NCBI GenBank assembly: GCA_963767095.1
Contig: CAVYCK010000011.1
Coordinates: 64,199 to 128,198, forward strand
Direction of reading: 5' to 3'
DNA from: an uncultured Actinomycetota bacterium
GTDB lineage: Bacteria > Actinomycetota > Actinomycetes > Propionibacteriales > Nocardioidaceae
Length of the DNA stretch: 64,000 nt
Shown: positions 32,079 to 43,400 of the stretch, piece by piece
How positions within the stretch are numbered: position 1 is the stretch's first letter
Layout: each line of letters begins with the position of its first letter
Notes under the pieces: model-generated
The model's database searches: none
What the model saw: the letters and a program-made list of their open reading frames with translations, nothing else
Told to the model about the DNA's origin: nothing
Translations under genes and position numbers: made by a program

Positions 32079-34050
32079 TCAGGCCGGGCCGGCGTACACC
32101 CCGTCGATCCGCACCGGCTTGCCGTTGGTGGTGAGGGTGATCGTGAGCTTGCCCTCGCGCACGCCGGAGAACACGGCGACCGGGACGACCACCTGGGTGG
32201 CGCCCTTCCTCGAGGCGAGGGAGAACGTCCCCAGCCTCTCCTTGCCGAGCGAGACCGAGACCGAGCCGTGGCCGCGGCCGGTGGAGACCAGCAGGGCGAC
32301 CCGGTGGGCCGCCACGGGGAGGGTCAGCGTCGCGCCCTTGCGGGTGGACGTCGTGAGGTCCTTCCCGTAGGCGCCCTTGACCTTCCTGACGCTCTTCCAG
32401 ACAGTCCGGCCGGCCAGCTTCTTCTGCTTCAGGGTCTTGTCGTTGACCGCCACGCTCGCGCAGCGCGGCACCGACCACGCGCTGACGTTGCCGCCCGCGT
32501 CGCTGCCGCGCACCCGCAGGCAGACGGTCTCGCCCGGCTTCGCCTGGTACGCCGCGCCGGTGGCCGTCGTCGTCAGCCAGGTCTCAGCCGCCGACAACGA
32601 GGTGCGGTAGGTCGCCACCTGGCGCGACACCTCGTAGGTGATCGGGGAGAAGGTGTCGGCGCCGATCCAGCCGGCCTTGATGCGCTTCCCCTCGTTGAGC
32701 ACGCGCATCGGAGCCGTCAGGTGCACCGCGGTGGGCGACCCGCTGTCGAGGGTGCGGGCCTGGACGGCGCCAGCACCGCCGTCGGACCAGGCGAGCGTCG
32801 CGTCGCCCCCGTGCGCCGCCACCGACGGCACGGACCCGGCGGCCGACGGGACCGGCGTGGACGTCCACGCAGCGCCGGGCGGGCGGTGGGCAAGGGTCAG
32901 CCCGGCCCCGGCGGGGGCGTAGGCGACGGCGACGGCGCCGCCCTCGCTCAGCGCGAGGTCGTGAGCAGTGACGGGGGAGGCGGTCAGCGGCGTGGGCGCG
33001 CCGACGCCGAGGTCGACGTACCAGAGCGCCGCCCGGCGCGGACCAGGTGGCGGCAGCCTGCCCGGGGCCGCCGGCCGCGACGTGGACCGCACGCCCGGGC
33101 GAGGGGCTGAGGAGCACGGGGCCGCTCGGGGCGGCCTGGGCGCGCGGCCAGGCGGCGGCGTACGGCGTCGCCGACTCGGCGGTGGCGCCCTGCGCCCAGC
33201 CGATCGTCGCGTTGCCGGCGCCGTCGATGGCGACAGCGGTCCGGTCGGGGACGAGGACGGAGCTCGCCAGCGTGGCCGCGGGCGAGGACCACGCCTGCCC
33301 GGCCAACCTGCGAGCCACCTGCACCGAGCCGGCCGCGCCCTCGAGCCGCCAGGCGGCCACGGTGTCGCCGGTGGCGTTGCGCGCCAGCGAGACGCCGGAG
33401 AAGGTGCCCGCAGCCTCGGCGAGGACGCTCTGGCTGCCGATGGTGGTGGCGCTGGCGGTCTTGCTGCGCACGACGGCGTTGGTCGTGTTGCGGGAGGCCC
33501 ACACGACGGTCGCGACTCCGGCGGGGCCGACCTCGACCTGGGGCGAGGACGCCGGCTGGCTGCCGTCCGACACGTTGCGGGGCGCCCCGAAGGCCTGTCC
33601 CGCCGGGGCGACCGAGATCTTCACGGCGCTGGAGCCACCGGTCGGCGTACCGGCCCAGACCACCGCGGTCACGCCCCCCGGGCCGATCGACACGTCCGGC
33701 TCCGTGGCGACCTCGCCGGTCGCGCTCACGGTCGTGGCCGGCGTCCAGGCGACGCCCGGCGTACGCCGCGACACCTGCACCAGACCACCGGCGACCCACG
33801 CGGCGACGGCGGACCCGGAGCCGTCGGTCGACAGCACCACCTCGGAGCCTGCGGGCGCCAAGGTGCTGGCCGGGGCGAGCCCGGCCTTGGCGCCCGCCGG
33901 CGAGGGGACCGCGAGCACGGCGCCCACGACGCCGAGCGCGACACCGATGATGCCGACGACCTGACCAGCTCCTGCTCCACCTCGCCATCGCACGCGAGGT
34001 ACGACGCTCGCGGCGAGCGGATGGTTCGGCAGCCTCCCGGGCTGGGTCAC
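32079..34050 (-). CDS. Secreted beta-rich repeat protein with Ig/Fn3-like C-terminus (frameshift near 33030)
   Basis: Signal-like hydrophobic segment; repeated GxAxxxW...S.P.V blades; GETVCLRVRGSDAGGNVSAWS..RC; RBS GGAGG. Confidence 0.6.
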
Positions 34051-34069
34051 GAGGATTCCTCCCGAGCGT

Positions 34070-34786
34070 TCAGTAGTCGTAGAGCGGGCAGGCACGGTCG
34101 CGCAGCTCGCTCCACGTGTCGACGGTGACATAGCCGAAGGGCTGGATGGGGATGTCGGTCTGGAGCAGCCGGGTGGCGGCGACGGTGGGCTCGTCGAAGA
34201 CGCTCTTCTCGACGTCGTCGAGGTCGATCAGGCCCACCTCGGCCAGCATCGACTGGTAGGTGTAGGTCCACATCGCCGACACGGGAGTCAGGTCCTGACC
34301 CTCGCCGATCTCGGGCAGCGTGGCGCGGTCGAGCTCGCAGGCGCAGACCACGGTGTCGTCGTTCCCGTCCCGGAGGCGCGTGACGGCGTCACCCTTGTGG
34401 CTGCTCTGCATCCGCTCCTCGCAGGCCGCCTCGTTGGAGTCGAACGGCGGCAGGTAGGCGACGTACCGCGGCACCTCACCCGCCTCGGGTGGCCACGCGG
34501 TGTCGCACGAGCTCGCGGTCTCGAGGTACTTCACGCCGTCCTGGTCCCAGTCGCGGACGGCGTAGCGCAGGTCGCTCGCCGTGTTGCCGGACCCCACGAC
34601 GACCACGGTCTGGTCGGGGTTGCAGGCCAGGTTGGCAAGCGGGACGCCGACGTCCAACGGGTCGGGCCCGTCGGCCTGCGGCGTCGGGTCATCCTGCGCG
34701 AAGAAGGCGGTGACAGCACCTGCGGAGACGCCGAGGACGACGGCGAGTGCGAGCGCGGCAGCACCGCGCCCTCCGGGAGGAGTCAC
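34070..34786 (-). CDS. Membrane-anchored hypothetical protein, Cys-containing, possible peptidoglycan-binding C-terminus
   Basis: N-terminal TM segment; YQSMLAEVG..FDEPTVAATRLLQ..GYVTVDTW resembles a PG-binding domain; start uncertain. Confidence 0.55.
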   Translation of the reverse strand: MTPPGGRGAAALALAVVLGVSAGAVTAFFAQDDPTPQADGPDPLDVGVPLANLACNPDQTVVVVGSGNTASDLRYAVRDWDQDGVKYLETASSCDTAWPPEAGEVPRYVAYLPPFDSNEAACEERMQSSHKGDAVTRLRDGNDDTVVCACELDRATLPEIGEGQDLTPVSAMWTYTYQSMLAEVGLIDLDDVEKSVFDEPTVAATRLLQTDIPIQPFGYVTVDTWSELRDRACPLYDY

Positions 34787-34824
34787 GTCGGCAGGATACG
34801 TCGCGGTGTCAGGCGAACCCGGCG

Positions 34825-35385
34825 TCACGCACCGGAGCCGACGCCGAGCGCGTCGAGCGCCATCCGGGTCAGCAGGGCCCGCATCGGCTCGACGGCGAGC
34901 TGACGGCTGTGCGGCGTGGAGTTGATCAGCCCGAAGGCGACGTGGGCCATCGCCCGGGCCTTGTCGGTGCGCAGGCCGCGGTGCACGCGTCGCAGCTGGG
35001 TGGCCCAGAGGTCGACGTACTCCCGCTGGAGGGCACGCACCTGCTCGCGGTCGGCGTCGGGCAGCGACTGCCAGTCGCGGTCCTGCACGACGATGAGCGC
35101 CTGGTGGTGCAGGGCGAAGTCGACCTGCCAGTGGACGAGCGCCGTGATGGCGGCCCGGCCGTCGGCGGCTCCCTCGACGCGGGCGCGACCGCCCTCGAGC
35201 AGGTCCTCGCTGATGCGCACGAGCATCTCGGCGAGGATCGACTCCTTGGCGGCGAAGTGCTTGTAGAGCGCGGGTCCGGAGACCCCGACGGCGGCGCCGA
35301 TGTCGCCGACGCTCACGCCGTGGAACCCGCGCCGGGCGAAGAGCTCGGCCGCGGTCGCGACGATCTGCTCCCGGCGGCCCACCAT
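34825..35385 (-). CDS. TetR-family regulator (BkaR/Fad35R-like)
   Basis: RREQIVATAAELFARRGFHGVS..DIG..VGVSGPALYKHF; FGLINSTPHS; divergent from the carboxylase operon. Confidence 0.9.
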   Translation of the reverse strand: MVGRREQIVATAAELFARRGFHGVSVGDIGAAVGVSGPALYKHFAAKESILAEMLVRISEDLLEGGRARVEGAADGRAAITALVHWQVDFALHHQALIVVQDRDWQSLPDADREQVRALQREYVDLWATQLRRVHRGLRTDKARAMAHVAFGLINSTPHSRQLAVEPMRALLTRMALDALGVGSGA

Positions 35386-35407
35386 GGGCGTCAGGATAGC
35401 GCCTGAG

Positions 35408-35423
35408 GTTAATGATCGTTAAC
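35408..35423. promoter_or_regulatory. BkaR-type operator
   Basis: GTTAATGATCGTTAAC, close to GTTANT-N4-ANTAAC, overlapping the -10 TAACAT of the operon. Confidence 0.7.
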
Positions 35424-35432
35424 ATCGTGTTC

Positions 35433-36978
35433 ATGGGAGCGGAGCTGAAGGAGCTGGTCGACGATCTGCGCGGCAGGCTCGCCCGGGTGCGGCTCGGCGG
35501 GTCCGAGAGCGCGCGCCGCAAGCACACCGACCGCGGCAAGCTGCTCGTTCGCGACCGGGTCGACCGGTTGCTCGACCCGGGCAGCCCCTTCCTGGAGCTG
35601 AGCCCGCTGGCGGCGTACGGCATGTACGGCGCCGCCGGCGACGACTACGCCGTCCCCTCCGCCTCCATCGTGACGGGCATCGGCCGGGTCGCCGGCCGCG
35701 AGTGCGTGGTGGTCGCCAACGACGCGACCGTCAAGGGCGGGACGTACTACCCGATCACCGTCAAGAAGCACCTCCGCGCCCAGACGGTCGCGGCGGAGAA
35801 CCACCTGCCCTGCCTCTACCTCGTCGACTCCGGCGGCGCCTTCCTGCCGATGCAGGACGAGGTCTTCCCCGATCGCGAGCACTTCGGCCGGATCTTCTTC
35901 AACCAGGCCAACCTGTCGGCGAAGGGCATCCCGCAGCTCGCCGCCGTGATGGGCTCCTGCACCGCCGGCGGCGCCTACGTGCCCGCGATGTCCGACGAGT
36001 CGGTGATCGTGCGCAACCAGGGCACGATCTTCCTCGGCGGCCCGCCCCTGGTGAAGGCCGCGACCGGCGAGGTCGTCACGGCCGAGGAGCTCGGCGGCGG
36101 CGACGTGCACGCGCGCACCTCCGGCGTGGTCGACCACCTGGCCGACGACGACGCCCATGCGCTGGCGATCATGCGCTCGATCGTCGAGACGCTGCCGCCG
36201 GCCGGGTCCGGAGGGGTCGAGGTGAGAGAGGTCGAGGAGCCGCACGAGGACCCCTCGACGCTGTACGACGTCGTGCCCGCCGACACCCGGACGCCGTACG
36301 ACGTCCGCGAGGTGATCCGGCGCGTGGTCGACGGCAGCCGCTTCCACGAGTTCAAGAAGCTCTACGCCGAGACCCTGGTCTGCGGCTTCGCGCGGATCTG
36401 GGGCCACGAGGTCGGCATCGTGGCCAACAACGGCATCCTGTTCAGCGAGTCGGCGCTCAAGGGCGCGCACTTCGTCCAGCTGTGCAACCAGCGCGGGATC
36501 CCGCTGGTGTTCCTGCAGAACATCACCGGCTTCATGGTCGGCAAGGAGTACGAGAACAAGGGCATCGCGCGCGACGGCGCCAAGCTCGTCACGGCGGTCG
36601 CCTGCTCGGTGGTGCCGAAGTTCACCGTCGTCATCGGCGGCTCGTTCGGGGCCGGCAACTACGGCATGTGCGGGCGTGCCTACGACCCGCGCTTCCTGTG
36701 GATGTGGCCCAACGCCCGCATCTCGGTGATGGGCGGCGAGCAGGCGGCGTCGGTGCTGGCCGAGGTGCGCGGCCCCGAGAAGGACGACACCGAGGAGTTC
36801 AAGGCCGGCATCCGCGAGCAGTACGACGTGCAGGGCTCGCCGTACTACTCCACCGCCCGGCTCTGGGACGACGGCGTCATCGACCCCGCCGAGACCCGGC
36901 GGGTGCTCGGCATGGGCCTCGCCGCGACCGCGCACGCCCCGGTCGTCGACGCCGTCCTACGGCGTCTTCCGGATGTGA
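35433..36978 (+). CDS. 3-methylcrotonyl-CoA carboxylase carboxyltransferase subunit (AccD1-like; indel near 36950)
   Basis: [48 protein letters not shown]; true C-terminus PSYGVFRM* is in another frame. Confidence 0.9.
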
Positions 36979-36983
36979 TGGCT

Positions 36984-37023
36984 CCGCTGGTCGGGGAAGT
37001 CGCGCGGCGACTGTCCCGAAACC
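36984..37023 (-). repeat. Single degenerate REP-like unit (unit A family)
   Basis: Reverse complement GGTTTCGGGAC-AGTCGCCGCGCGACTT-CCCCGACCAGCGG matches the ends of unit A, with a different internal hairpin. Confidence 0.6.
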
Positions 37024-37037
37024 AAGGAAAGGCAACG

Positions 37038-38972
37038 ATGTTCGACACCGTCCTCATCGCCAACCGCGGCGAGATCGCCCTGCGGGTGATGCGCACGTGC
37101 GCTCGCCTGGGCATCCGCACGGTCGCGCTCTACACCGACGCCGACGCGACCGCACCCCACGTGCGCGCGTCTGTCGCAGCAGGGGGCGACGCGCGGCGGG
37201 TGCCGTCGTACCTCGACATCGACGCCGTCGTCGCCGCGGCCCTCGACTCCGGCGCCGAGGCGGTCCACCCGGGGTACGGCTTCCTGTCGGAGCGCGCTGC
37301 GTTCGCCGACGCGCTCGAGGCAGCCGGGGTCGCGCTGGTCGGCCCGACCGCGAAGGTCATGGAGCAGATGGGCCGCAAGGACGCAGCCCGCGAGATCGCC
37401 GTCGCCGCGGGGGTGCCCGTGGTGCCGACCGGCGACGACGCGGCCGCGTGGCTGGCAGGGCCCGGTGCTGGTCAAGGCGGCGGCCGGCGGCGGCGGCAAG
37501 GGCATGCGGATCGTGCGCTCGGAGGACGAGATGGCCGAGGCCGTCGCCGCCGCCAGGCGCGAGGCGATGGCGGCGTTCGGGGACGACACGATGCTGGTGG
37601 AGAAGTACGTCGAGAGCGGCCGCCACATCGAGGTCCAGGTCCTGGCGGACACCCACGGCACGGTGCTGCACCTGTTCGAGCGGGACTGCTCGGCGCAGCG
37701 TCGGCACCAGAAGGTGATCGAGGAGGCGCCGGCCCCCACCATCGACCAGGCCACCCGCGAGCGGATCACCGGCAGCGCGGTCGCGCTGGCGCGCGAGGTC
37801 GGCTACACCAACGCCGGCACGGTGGAGTTCCTCCTGGACAACAGCACCGGGGAGTTCTACTTCCTCGAGATGAACACCCGCCTCCAGGTCGAGCACCCGG
37901 TGACCGAGGCGATCTGCGCCGGGCCGGCCGGCCGCTCGACCTCGTCGAGCAGCAGCTCCGGATCGCGGCCGGTGAGGCGCTGTCGTTCGCCCAGGACGAC
38001 CTGCGCATCGACGGGCACGCGATGGAGGCGCGGGTCTACGCGGAGGACGCGTTCGGCGGCTTCCTTCCGCAGGCCGGCGCCGCGTCGCTCGTGCGATGGC
38101 CGGGGTCCCGACCCGGCTCGACCAGCGTGCGGGTCGACCAGGCGCTGGAGAGCAACCAGACGGTCAGCACGTCCTTCGACCCGATGCTGGGCAAGGTCGT
38201 CGTCCACGCGGCGGACCGCGAGAGCGCCCGGCGCGCCCTGGTCACCGCGCTCGACGACACGGCGATCCTCGGCCTCACCACCAACACCGGCTTCCTCCGC
38301 GCGCTCGCCGCGAGCGACGCCTTCCGCGACAACGAGATCGACACCTCCTGGCTCGACCGGGACGACCGGCCCGCGCTCACGCCCCCCGACGACGAGCTGC
38401 CGCGGGTGCTGGTCGCCTGGACGCAGGCGATGCTGACCGCGCTCACCGACAGCGGGCACCCCTTCCAGGCCGACGGGTTCCGCCTCGGCACCGCGCCCGC
38501 GGCCCAGGTGGTCGAGCTCGACGAGACGGTCATGGTCGACCGGGCCGCCGGCCGCGTCACCACCGCGCGGGCGTCGTACGACGTCACCCAGCTCGGCGGT
38601 GAGAACCACGTGCTCACCCTGCTCGTCGACGGGCGTCGCGTCTCCGCCGTCGTCAACGTGCAGCCGCACGTCGCCGAGGTCGCGTGGCAGGGACATCGGT
38701 TCGTGTTCGAGCGGCCCGACGTGTTCGGCGACCACGGCCCGGCGGCCGGCGACGGCACGCTGCTCGCTCCGATGCCCGGAACGGTGCTCACCGTGCGCGT
38801 CGTGGAGGGGGCGCGGGTCGCCGCCGGTGACCCGCTCGGCACGATGGAGGCGATGAAGATGGAGCTCGCCCTCAGCGCGCCCTTCGACGGCACGGTCACC
38901 CAGGTCGGCGCGGCCGCGGGTGAGCAGGTGGCGTTGGGCGCCCGGCTGTTCGTCGTCGAGGCGGACGCGTGA
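37038..38972 (+). CDS. Biotin carboxylase/biotin carrier subunit (AccA1-like; frameshifts near 37450 and 37925)
   Basis: [54 protein letters not shown]. Confidence 0.9.
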   Translation: MFDTVLIANRGEIALRVMRTCARLGIRTVALYTDADATAPHVRASVAAGGDARRVPSYLDIDAVVAAALDSGAEAVHPGYGFLSERAAFADALEAAGVALVGPTAKVMEQMGRKDAAREIAVAAGVPVVPTGDDAAAWLAGPGAGQGGGRRRRQGHADRALGGRDGRGRRRRQARGDGGVRGRHDAGGEVRRERPPHRGPGPGGHPRHGAAPVRAGLLGAASAPEGDRGGAGPHHRPGHPRADHRQRGRAGARGRLHQRRHGGVPPGQQHRGVLLPRDEHPPPGRAPGDRGDLRRAGRPLDLVEQQLRIAAGEALSFAQDDLRIDGHAMEARVYAEDAFGGFLPQAGAASLVRWPGSRPGSTSVRVDQALESNQTVSTSFDPMLGKVVVHAADRESARRALVTALDDTAILGLTTNTGFLRALAASDAFRDNEIDTSWLDRDDRPALTPPDDELPRVLVAWTQAMLTALTDSGHPFQADGFRLGTAPAAQVVELDETVMVDRAAGRVTTARASYDVTQLGGENHVLTLLVDGRRVSAVVNVQPHVAEVAWQGHRFVFERPDVFGDHGPAAGDGTLLAPMPGTVLTVRVVEGARVAAGDPLGTMEAMKMELALSAPFDGTVTQVGAAAGEQVALGARLFVVEADA

Positions 38973-39910
38973 TCCCGCCCGCCGTGCCGGTGCCCGGCCT
39001 CCCCGAGCGGGTCACGATCTACGAGGTCGGCCCGCGCGACGGCCTCCAGAACGAGAAGGCCACCGTGCCCGTCGAGGTCAAGGAGGAGTTCGTCCGCCGG
39101 CTCCTCGCCGCCGGGTTGCCGGTCGTCGAGGCGACCAGCTTCGTCCACCCCCGGTGGGTGCCCCAGCTCGCCGACGCCGAGGAGCTGATGACGCGCCTGG
39201 GCACCGACGGCGTCGACCTGCCGGTGCTCGTTCCCAACGAGCGCGGCCTCGACCGCGCCCTGGCGCTCGGGCTGCGGCACGTCGCGATCTTCGGCAGCGC
39301 CACCGAGTCCTTCGCCCGCAAGAACCTCAACCGCGGGCTCGACGAGCAGGTCGCGATGTTCGAGCCGGTCGTCAGCCGGGCTCGGGGCGCCGGGCTCGAC
39401 GTGCGTGCCTACGTCTCGATGTGCTTCGGCGACCCGTGGGAGGGCGAGGTCCCGCTCGAGCAGGTCGTGCGCGTCGGGAGGCAGCTGCTCGACCTCGGGG
39501 CCGGCCAGCTCAGCCTCGGCGACACCATCGGCGTCGGCACGGCCGGCCGGGTCAAGGCGCTGGTGTCCGCCTTCGCCGACGCCGGCGTCGGCACCGACCG
39601 ACTGGCCCTGCACTTCCACGACACCTACGGGCAGGCGCTCGCCAACACCCTCGCGGGCCTGGAGGCCGGCATCACGACGTACGACGCCAGCGCGGGTGGC
39701 CTCGGCGGCTGCCCGTACGCCGAGAGCGCGACCGGCAACCTGGCGACCGAGGACCTGGTCTGGCTGCTCACCGGGCTCGGCATCGAGCACGGGGTCGACC
39801 TCGACGCCCTTGTCGCCACCAGCGCCTGGATGGCCGGCCAGCTCGGTCGGGAGAGCCCGTCGGCTGTCGTACGCGCCCTCGCGCCGGGTGCGGCAGAATC
39901 ACCCTCGTGA
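38969..39910 (+). CDS. Hydroxymethylglutaryl-CoA lyase
   Basis: [41 protein letters not shown]. Confidence 0.93.
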   Translation: MIPPAVPVPGLPERVTIYEVGPRDGLQNEKATVPVEVKEEFVRRLLAAGLPVVEATSFVHPRWVPQLADAEELMTRLGTDGVDLPVLVPNERGLDRALALGLRHVAIFGSATESFARKNLNRGLDEQVAMFEPVVSRARGAGLDVRAYVSMCFGDPWEGEVPLEQVVRVGRQLLDLGAGQLSLGDTIGVGTAGRVKALVSAFADAGVGTDRLALHFHDTYGQALANTLAGLEAGITTYDASAGGLGGCPYAESATGNLATEDLVWLLTGLGIEHGVDLDALVATSAWMAGQLGRESPSAVVRALAPGAAESPS

Positions 39911-41007
39911 GCCGCCGGGTCTACCTCCACATCGGCGCCCCGAAGACCGGCACGACGTACCTCCAGGACCGCCTGACCCTCAACGCCGCAGAGCTGCGCC
40001 GCCACGGCGTGCTGGTGCCGACGTCCTCGCCGATGGTCTCGCCCGCGCTGTTCCACTTCCGGGCCGCCCTCGACGTGCTGGGCCAGGACTGGGGCGGGGC
40101 TCCCGGCCACGCCACCGGCGCGTGGGACACGCTGGTCAAGCGCGTGAGCCGCGCCTCGGGCAACGTGGTCGTCAGCCACGAGATCTTCGCGCCGGCCCGG
40201 CCCGAGCGCATCGAGCGCATCGTCCATGACCTGCGCGACAGCGAGGTCCACGTCGTCTACTCCGCGCGCGACCTGGGTCGACAGCTGCCGGCGGCCTGGC
40301 AGGAGAGCATCAAGCAGGGCCGCAAGTGGACCTTCCGCCGGTTCCTCAACCGCGTCGAGCGCAGCAACACGTGGTTCTTCCACGCCTTCGACCTGCCGAG
40401 CGTCCTGGCGAAGTGGAGCGTGGGCGTCCCGGCCGAGCGCATCCACGTCGTGACCGTTCCGCAGCGTCGCCAGCGCACGGCCGACGGCGACCTGCTGTGG
40501 GTGCGGATGTGCGAGGCGCTGGCCATCGACCCGGGCTGGGCCCCGCGCGACAGCCTGCGCTCCAACCGCTCGCTGGGCGCCGCGGAGACCGAGGTGATCC
40601 GTCAGCTCAACCGGCGCATGGACCGGGAGGCGCGGCGCGAGGCGAGGTTCGACGAGCTGATCCGCGAGATGCTCGCCCAGGAGAAGCTCGTCAACCGCGA
40701 CAGCATCCCCGTCCGGCTCCCACCGCATCGCTACGACTGGGCGGTGGAGCAGGCCGAGGTCTGGGTCGACTGGCTCAAGGCGAGCGGCGTGCAGGTCGTG
40801 GGCGACGTCGACGAGCTGCGACCGATGCGCCCGGGGGCCGACGACGAGTGGCTGCATCCCGGCAGGGTCCGCAACAAGCTCAAGCTGAACGCCGCCGTCG
40901 ACGCGCTCGCCGCGATGACCCTGGAGGCCGCGCGTCGCCCCGATCCCGACCGGACGACCGTGGCCCGGGTGCGCCAAGGCATCGACCGGGTCTGGTCGCG
41001 CCGGTGA
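39907..41007 (+). CDS. Sulfotransferase-fold protein (paralog 1)
   Basis: VYLHIGAPKTGTTYLQ, VVSHE, RDLGRQLPAAWQESIK. Confidence 0.75.
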   Translation: MSRRVYLHIGAPKTGTTYLQDRLTLNAAELRRHGVLVPTSSPMVSPALFHFRAALDVLGQDWGGAPGHATGAWDTLVKRVSRASGNVVVSHEIFAPARPERIERIVHDLRDSEVHVVYSARDLGRQLPAAWQESIKQGRKWTFRRFLNRVERSNTWFFHAFDLPSVLAKWSVGVPAERIHVVTVPQRRQRTADGDLLWVRMCEALAIDPGWAPRDSLRSNRSLGAAETEVIRQLNRRMDREARREARFDELIREMLAQEKLVNRDSIPVRLPPHRYDWAVEQAEVWVDWLKASGVQVVGDVDELRPMRPGADDEWLHPGRVRNKLKLNAAVDALAAMTLEAARRPDPDRTTVARVRQGIDRVWSRR

Positions 41008-42162
41008 CCGACGGCCAGACCCGGTCGAGCGAGCGGAGCGACGGCGAGGCCCGCGCCTGGGGCTGGGTCGGGCACCTGCGCGAGGGCGGCACGACGTCGT
41101 GGGCCGCCTGGTCCGCTGCCGCCGAGCGTGGCGGCAGGTTCCTGCCCGGCGCCCAGCAGCTGGAGCTGCTGCGGCGGCTCAACCTCGCCACCGGCGGCGC
41201 CGTCGACCGGACGCTCGCGACCCGGGTGCTGGAGGCGAGCGCGCCCGGGCGCGGCCGGCCCGACCTGCAGCTCGTCGGCGCCGCGAGGGAGTCGGCCTTC
41301 GGCCCCCGGCCCGTCGACCCGGCCGACCTGCCCGCCGAGGAGCTCGTGCGCGTCGCCACCAGTGTCATCGCCGAGGACGTCGCCGCCGCCGGACTGCCCG
41401 CGGAGCGGCCGGCCCCGTTCACCCGGCCGTGGCGCCGCCCCTACCGGCTGGTCGGCGACCCGGTGCTCGCCGATCCGCTGCGGGCGCAGCTGGTCGCGCG
41501 GGGCCGCCCGCCCGGCGGCGGTGGGGCTCGCGTCCTCGTCCTGGGTCGCGCCGTCGACGAGATGCTGGCCGACGCCTTCGAGGCCCGGGCCCTCGACAGC
41601 GGCGGGCCGTCCTGGCCCGACTGGCTCGAGGTGCTCTCGGCCCGCGACGAGCTCGCGCCGCGCATCGACCTCGCCGCGGTCGCCCGCACCTGGGCCCGAC
41701 GTACGTCGGTCGAGCGGGTGAGCATCGTGCTCGACGCCCGCCGGGTGGCCCGGCTCGTCGGCGTACGCCGCCTGGCCGTGCCCGACGCGCTGGCGGCGGA
41801 CGCCGTCGACCTCGCCCGGCGGGTGGCGGCGGTGCTCGGGCTGCTCGTGACCCAGGAGCGCCGGGCCGCCCTCCTGCAGCGGACGCTGGCGCCCCGGCTG
41901 CGCGGCTGTGACCGGACCGCGCCTCGCCGTGCCTGGAACCCTGCAGGGCTGGGTCTCCGACCGGGCTGAGCGGATGCGTCGACAGCTGCAGCGCGGTGGC
42001 TACCCTGTTGCTGGCTCGGGTCTGGGCTCAGGGCCCGGCCTCGACGCGGTGCTGCCGGTCTACGCGCCCGGTGGGGTCGAGCACGTCGGCCACGAGGGGG
42101 TCCTCCGGGTCGCGATCGACCTGATGCTCGACCCGACCCGACGACCCGAGGAGACCACGTGA
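41004..42162 (+). CDS. Hypothetical protein, divergent paralog of the flanking sulfotransferase-fold genes (frameshift near 41908)
   Basis: Overlapping start/stop codons on both sides; C-terminal PRLAVP..WV..RGGYPVAG aligns with PRLRLP..WV..RRGYDVVG of the next gene. Confidence 0.55.
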
Positions 42163-43400
42163 CGCCGACGCGATCCGCCGCGCGGCGCCGCGTCCTGCTG
42201 CACGTCGGCACGCCCAAGACCGGCACGTCGTACCTCCAGGACGTGCTCCACCGCAACCGCGAGACCCTCGCGATGCACGACATCTGCTATCCCGCCGACC
42301 GGTTCGACGCGCACTTCCTGGCGGCCCTCGACCTGATGCGGCTGCCGTGGGGCGGGCTCGAGACCGAGGCCGTCGGTGCGTGGGACCGGCTCGCGACGGC
42401 GGTGCGCGAGTGCCCCGGCACCTCGATCATCAGCCACGAGATCCTCGCCACCGCCTCGCGGTCCCAGGTGGGCCGGGCGCTGGCCTCCCTCGGCGCCGAC
42501 GACCCCGACGGCCCCGAGGTGCACGTCGTGCTCTCGGTGCGCGACCTGGTGCGCCAGATCCCGGCCGAGTGGCAGGAGAACGTCAAGCACCGCAGTCCGC
42601 TGAGCTTCGAGCGGTTCCTCGAGCGGATCCGCGACCCCGAGCGGGCCACGCGCATCGGGACCTGGTTCTGGGGCGTGCAGGAGATCCCCGACATCCTCGA
42701 CCGCTGGGGCCACGACCTGCCGCCCGAGCGCATCCACCTGGTCACCGTGCCCCCGCCAGGCGCGCCGCCGGGGCTGCTGTGGGAGCGCTTCTCCTCCGCC
42801 TTCGGGCTCGACGGGATCGACCTCGACCTGACCGCCGAGCGCGCCAACCCCTCCCTGGGCGTGCCCGAGACGGCGCTGCTGCGCCGGATCAACCGGTCGG
42901 CCAACCGGGTGCTCGACCCGAGCTTCTACCGCCCGCTGGTCCGCGAGCTGCTCGCGCACCAGACGCTGTCGAAGCGGTCGAAGTCCCCGCGCCTGCGCCT
43001 CCCGCCGACCGAGTACCCCTGGGTCCACGACCTCGAGCTCTCCTGGGTCGCCGAGATCGAGCGGCGCGGCTACGACGTGGTCGGCGAGGTCACCGACCTC
43101 GTCGGGGCCGAGCCCGACGCGGCGTACGCCGACCCGGACTCGCCGTCCGAGCGGGCCGTCGCCGGCGCCGCGGTCGACGCGATCCGGGCCCTGCTGCTCG
43201 AGAACGCCCGGCTGCGCGGCGAGGAGGCCAGGCTCTCCGGCGAGCTGCAGGCCACGCGTGACGAGCTCGACCGGGCCTACCTGCGGCCGTCGTACGTCAC
43301 CCGCCAGCGGGTGGTGCGCAGGCTCCAGCGCGGTGCGGCGGGTCGGGGCCTGCTCGGCGCCTATCGACGGTTGCGGGGGCGGAACTCGCGGTCGGCGTAG
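42159..43400 (+). CDS. Sulfotransferase-fold protein (paralog 2)
   Basis: VLLHVGTPKTGTSYLQ, IISHE, RDLVRQIPAEWQENVK; coiled-coil C-terminus. Confidence 0.75.
   Translation: MTPTRSAARRRVLLHVGTPKTGTSYLQDVLHRNRETLAMHDICYPADRFDAHFLAALDLMRLPWGGLETEAVGAWDRLATAVRECPGTSIISHEILATASRSQVGRALASLGADDPDGPEVHVVLSVRDLVRQIPAEWQENVKHRSPLSFERFLERIRDPERATRIGTWFWGVQEIPDILDRWGHDLPPERIHLVTVPPPGAPPGLLWERFSSAFGLDGIDLDLTAERANPSLGVPETALLRRINRSANRVLDPSFYRPLVRELLAHQTLSKRSKSPRLRLPPTEYPWVHDLELSWVAEIERRGYDVVGEVTDLVGAEPDAAYADPDSPSERAVAGAAVDAIRALLLENARLRGEEARLSGELQATRDELDRAYLRPSYVTRQRVVRRLQRGAAGRGLLGAYRRLRGRNSRSA

Noticed and set aside
35412-38972. 1186-aa carboxyltransferase/biotin carboxylase fusion ORF
   Set aside because: Artefact of indels: the true C-terminus PSYGVFRM* ends at 36978 and the next gene has its own RBS and ATG at 37038.
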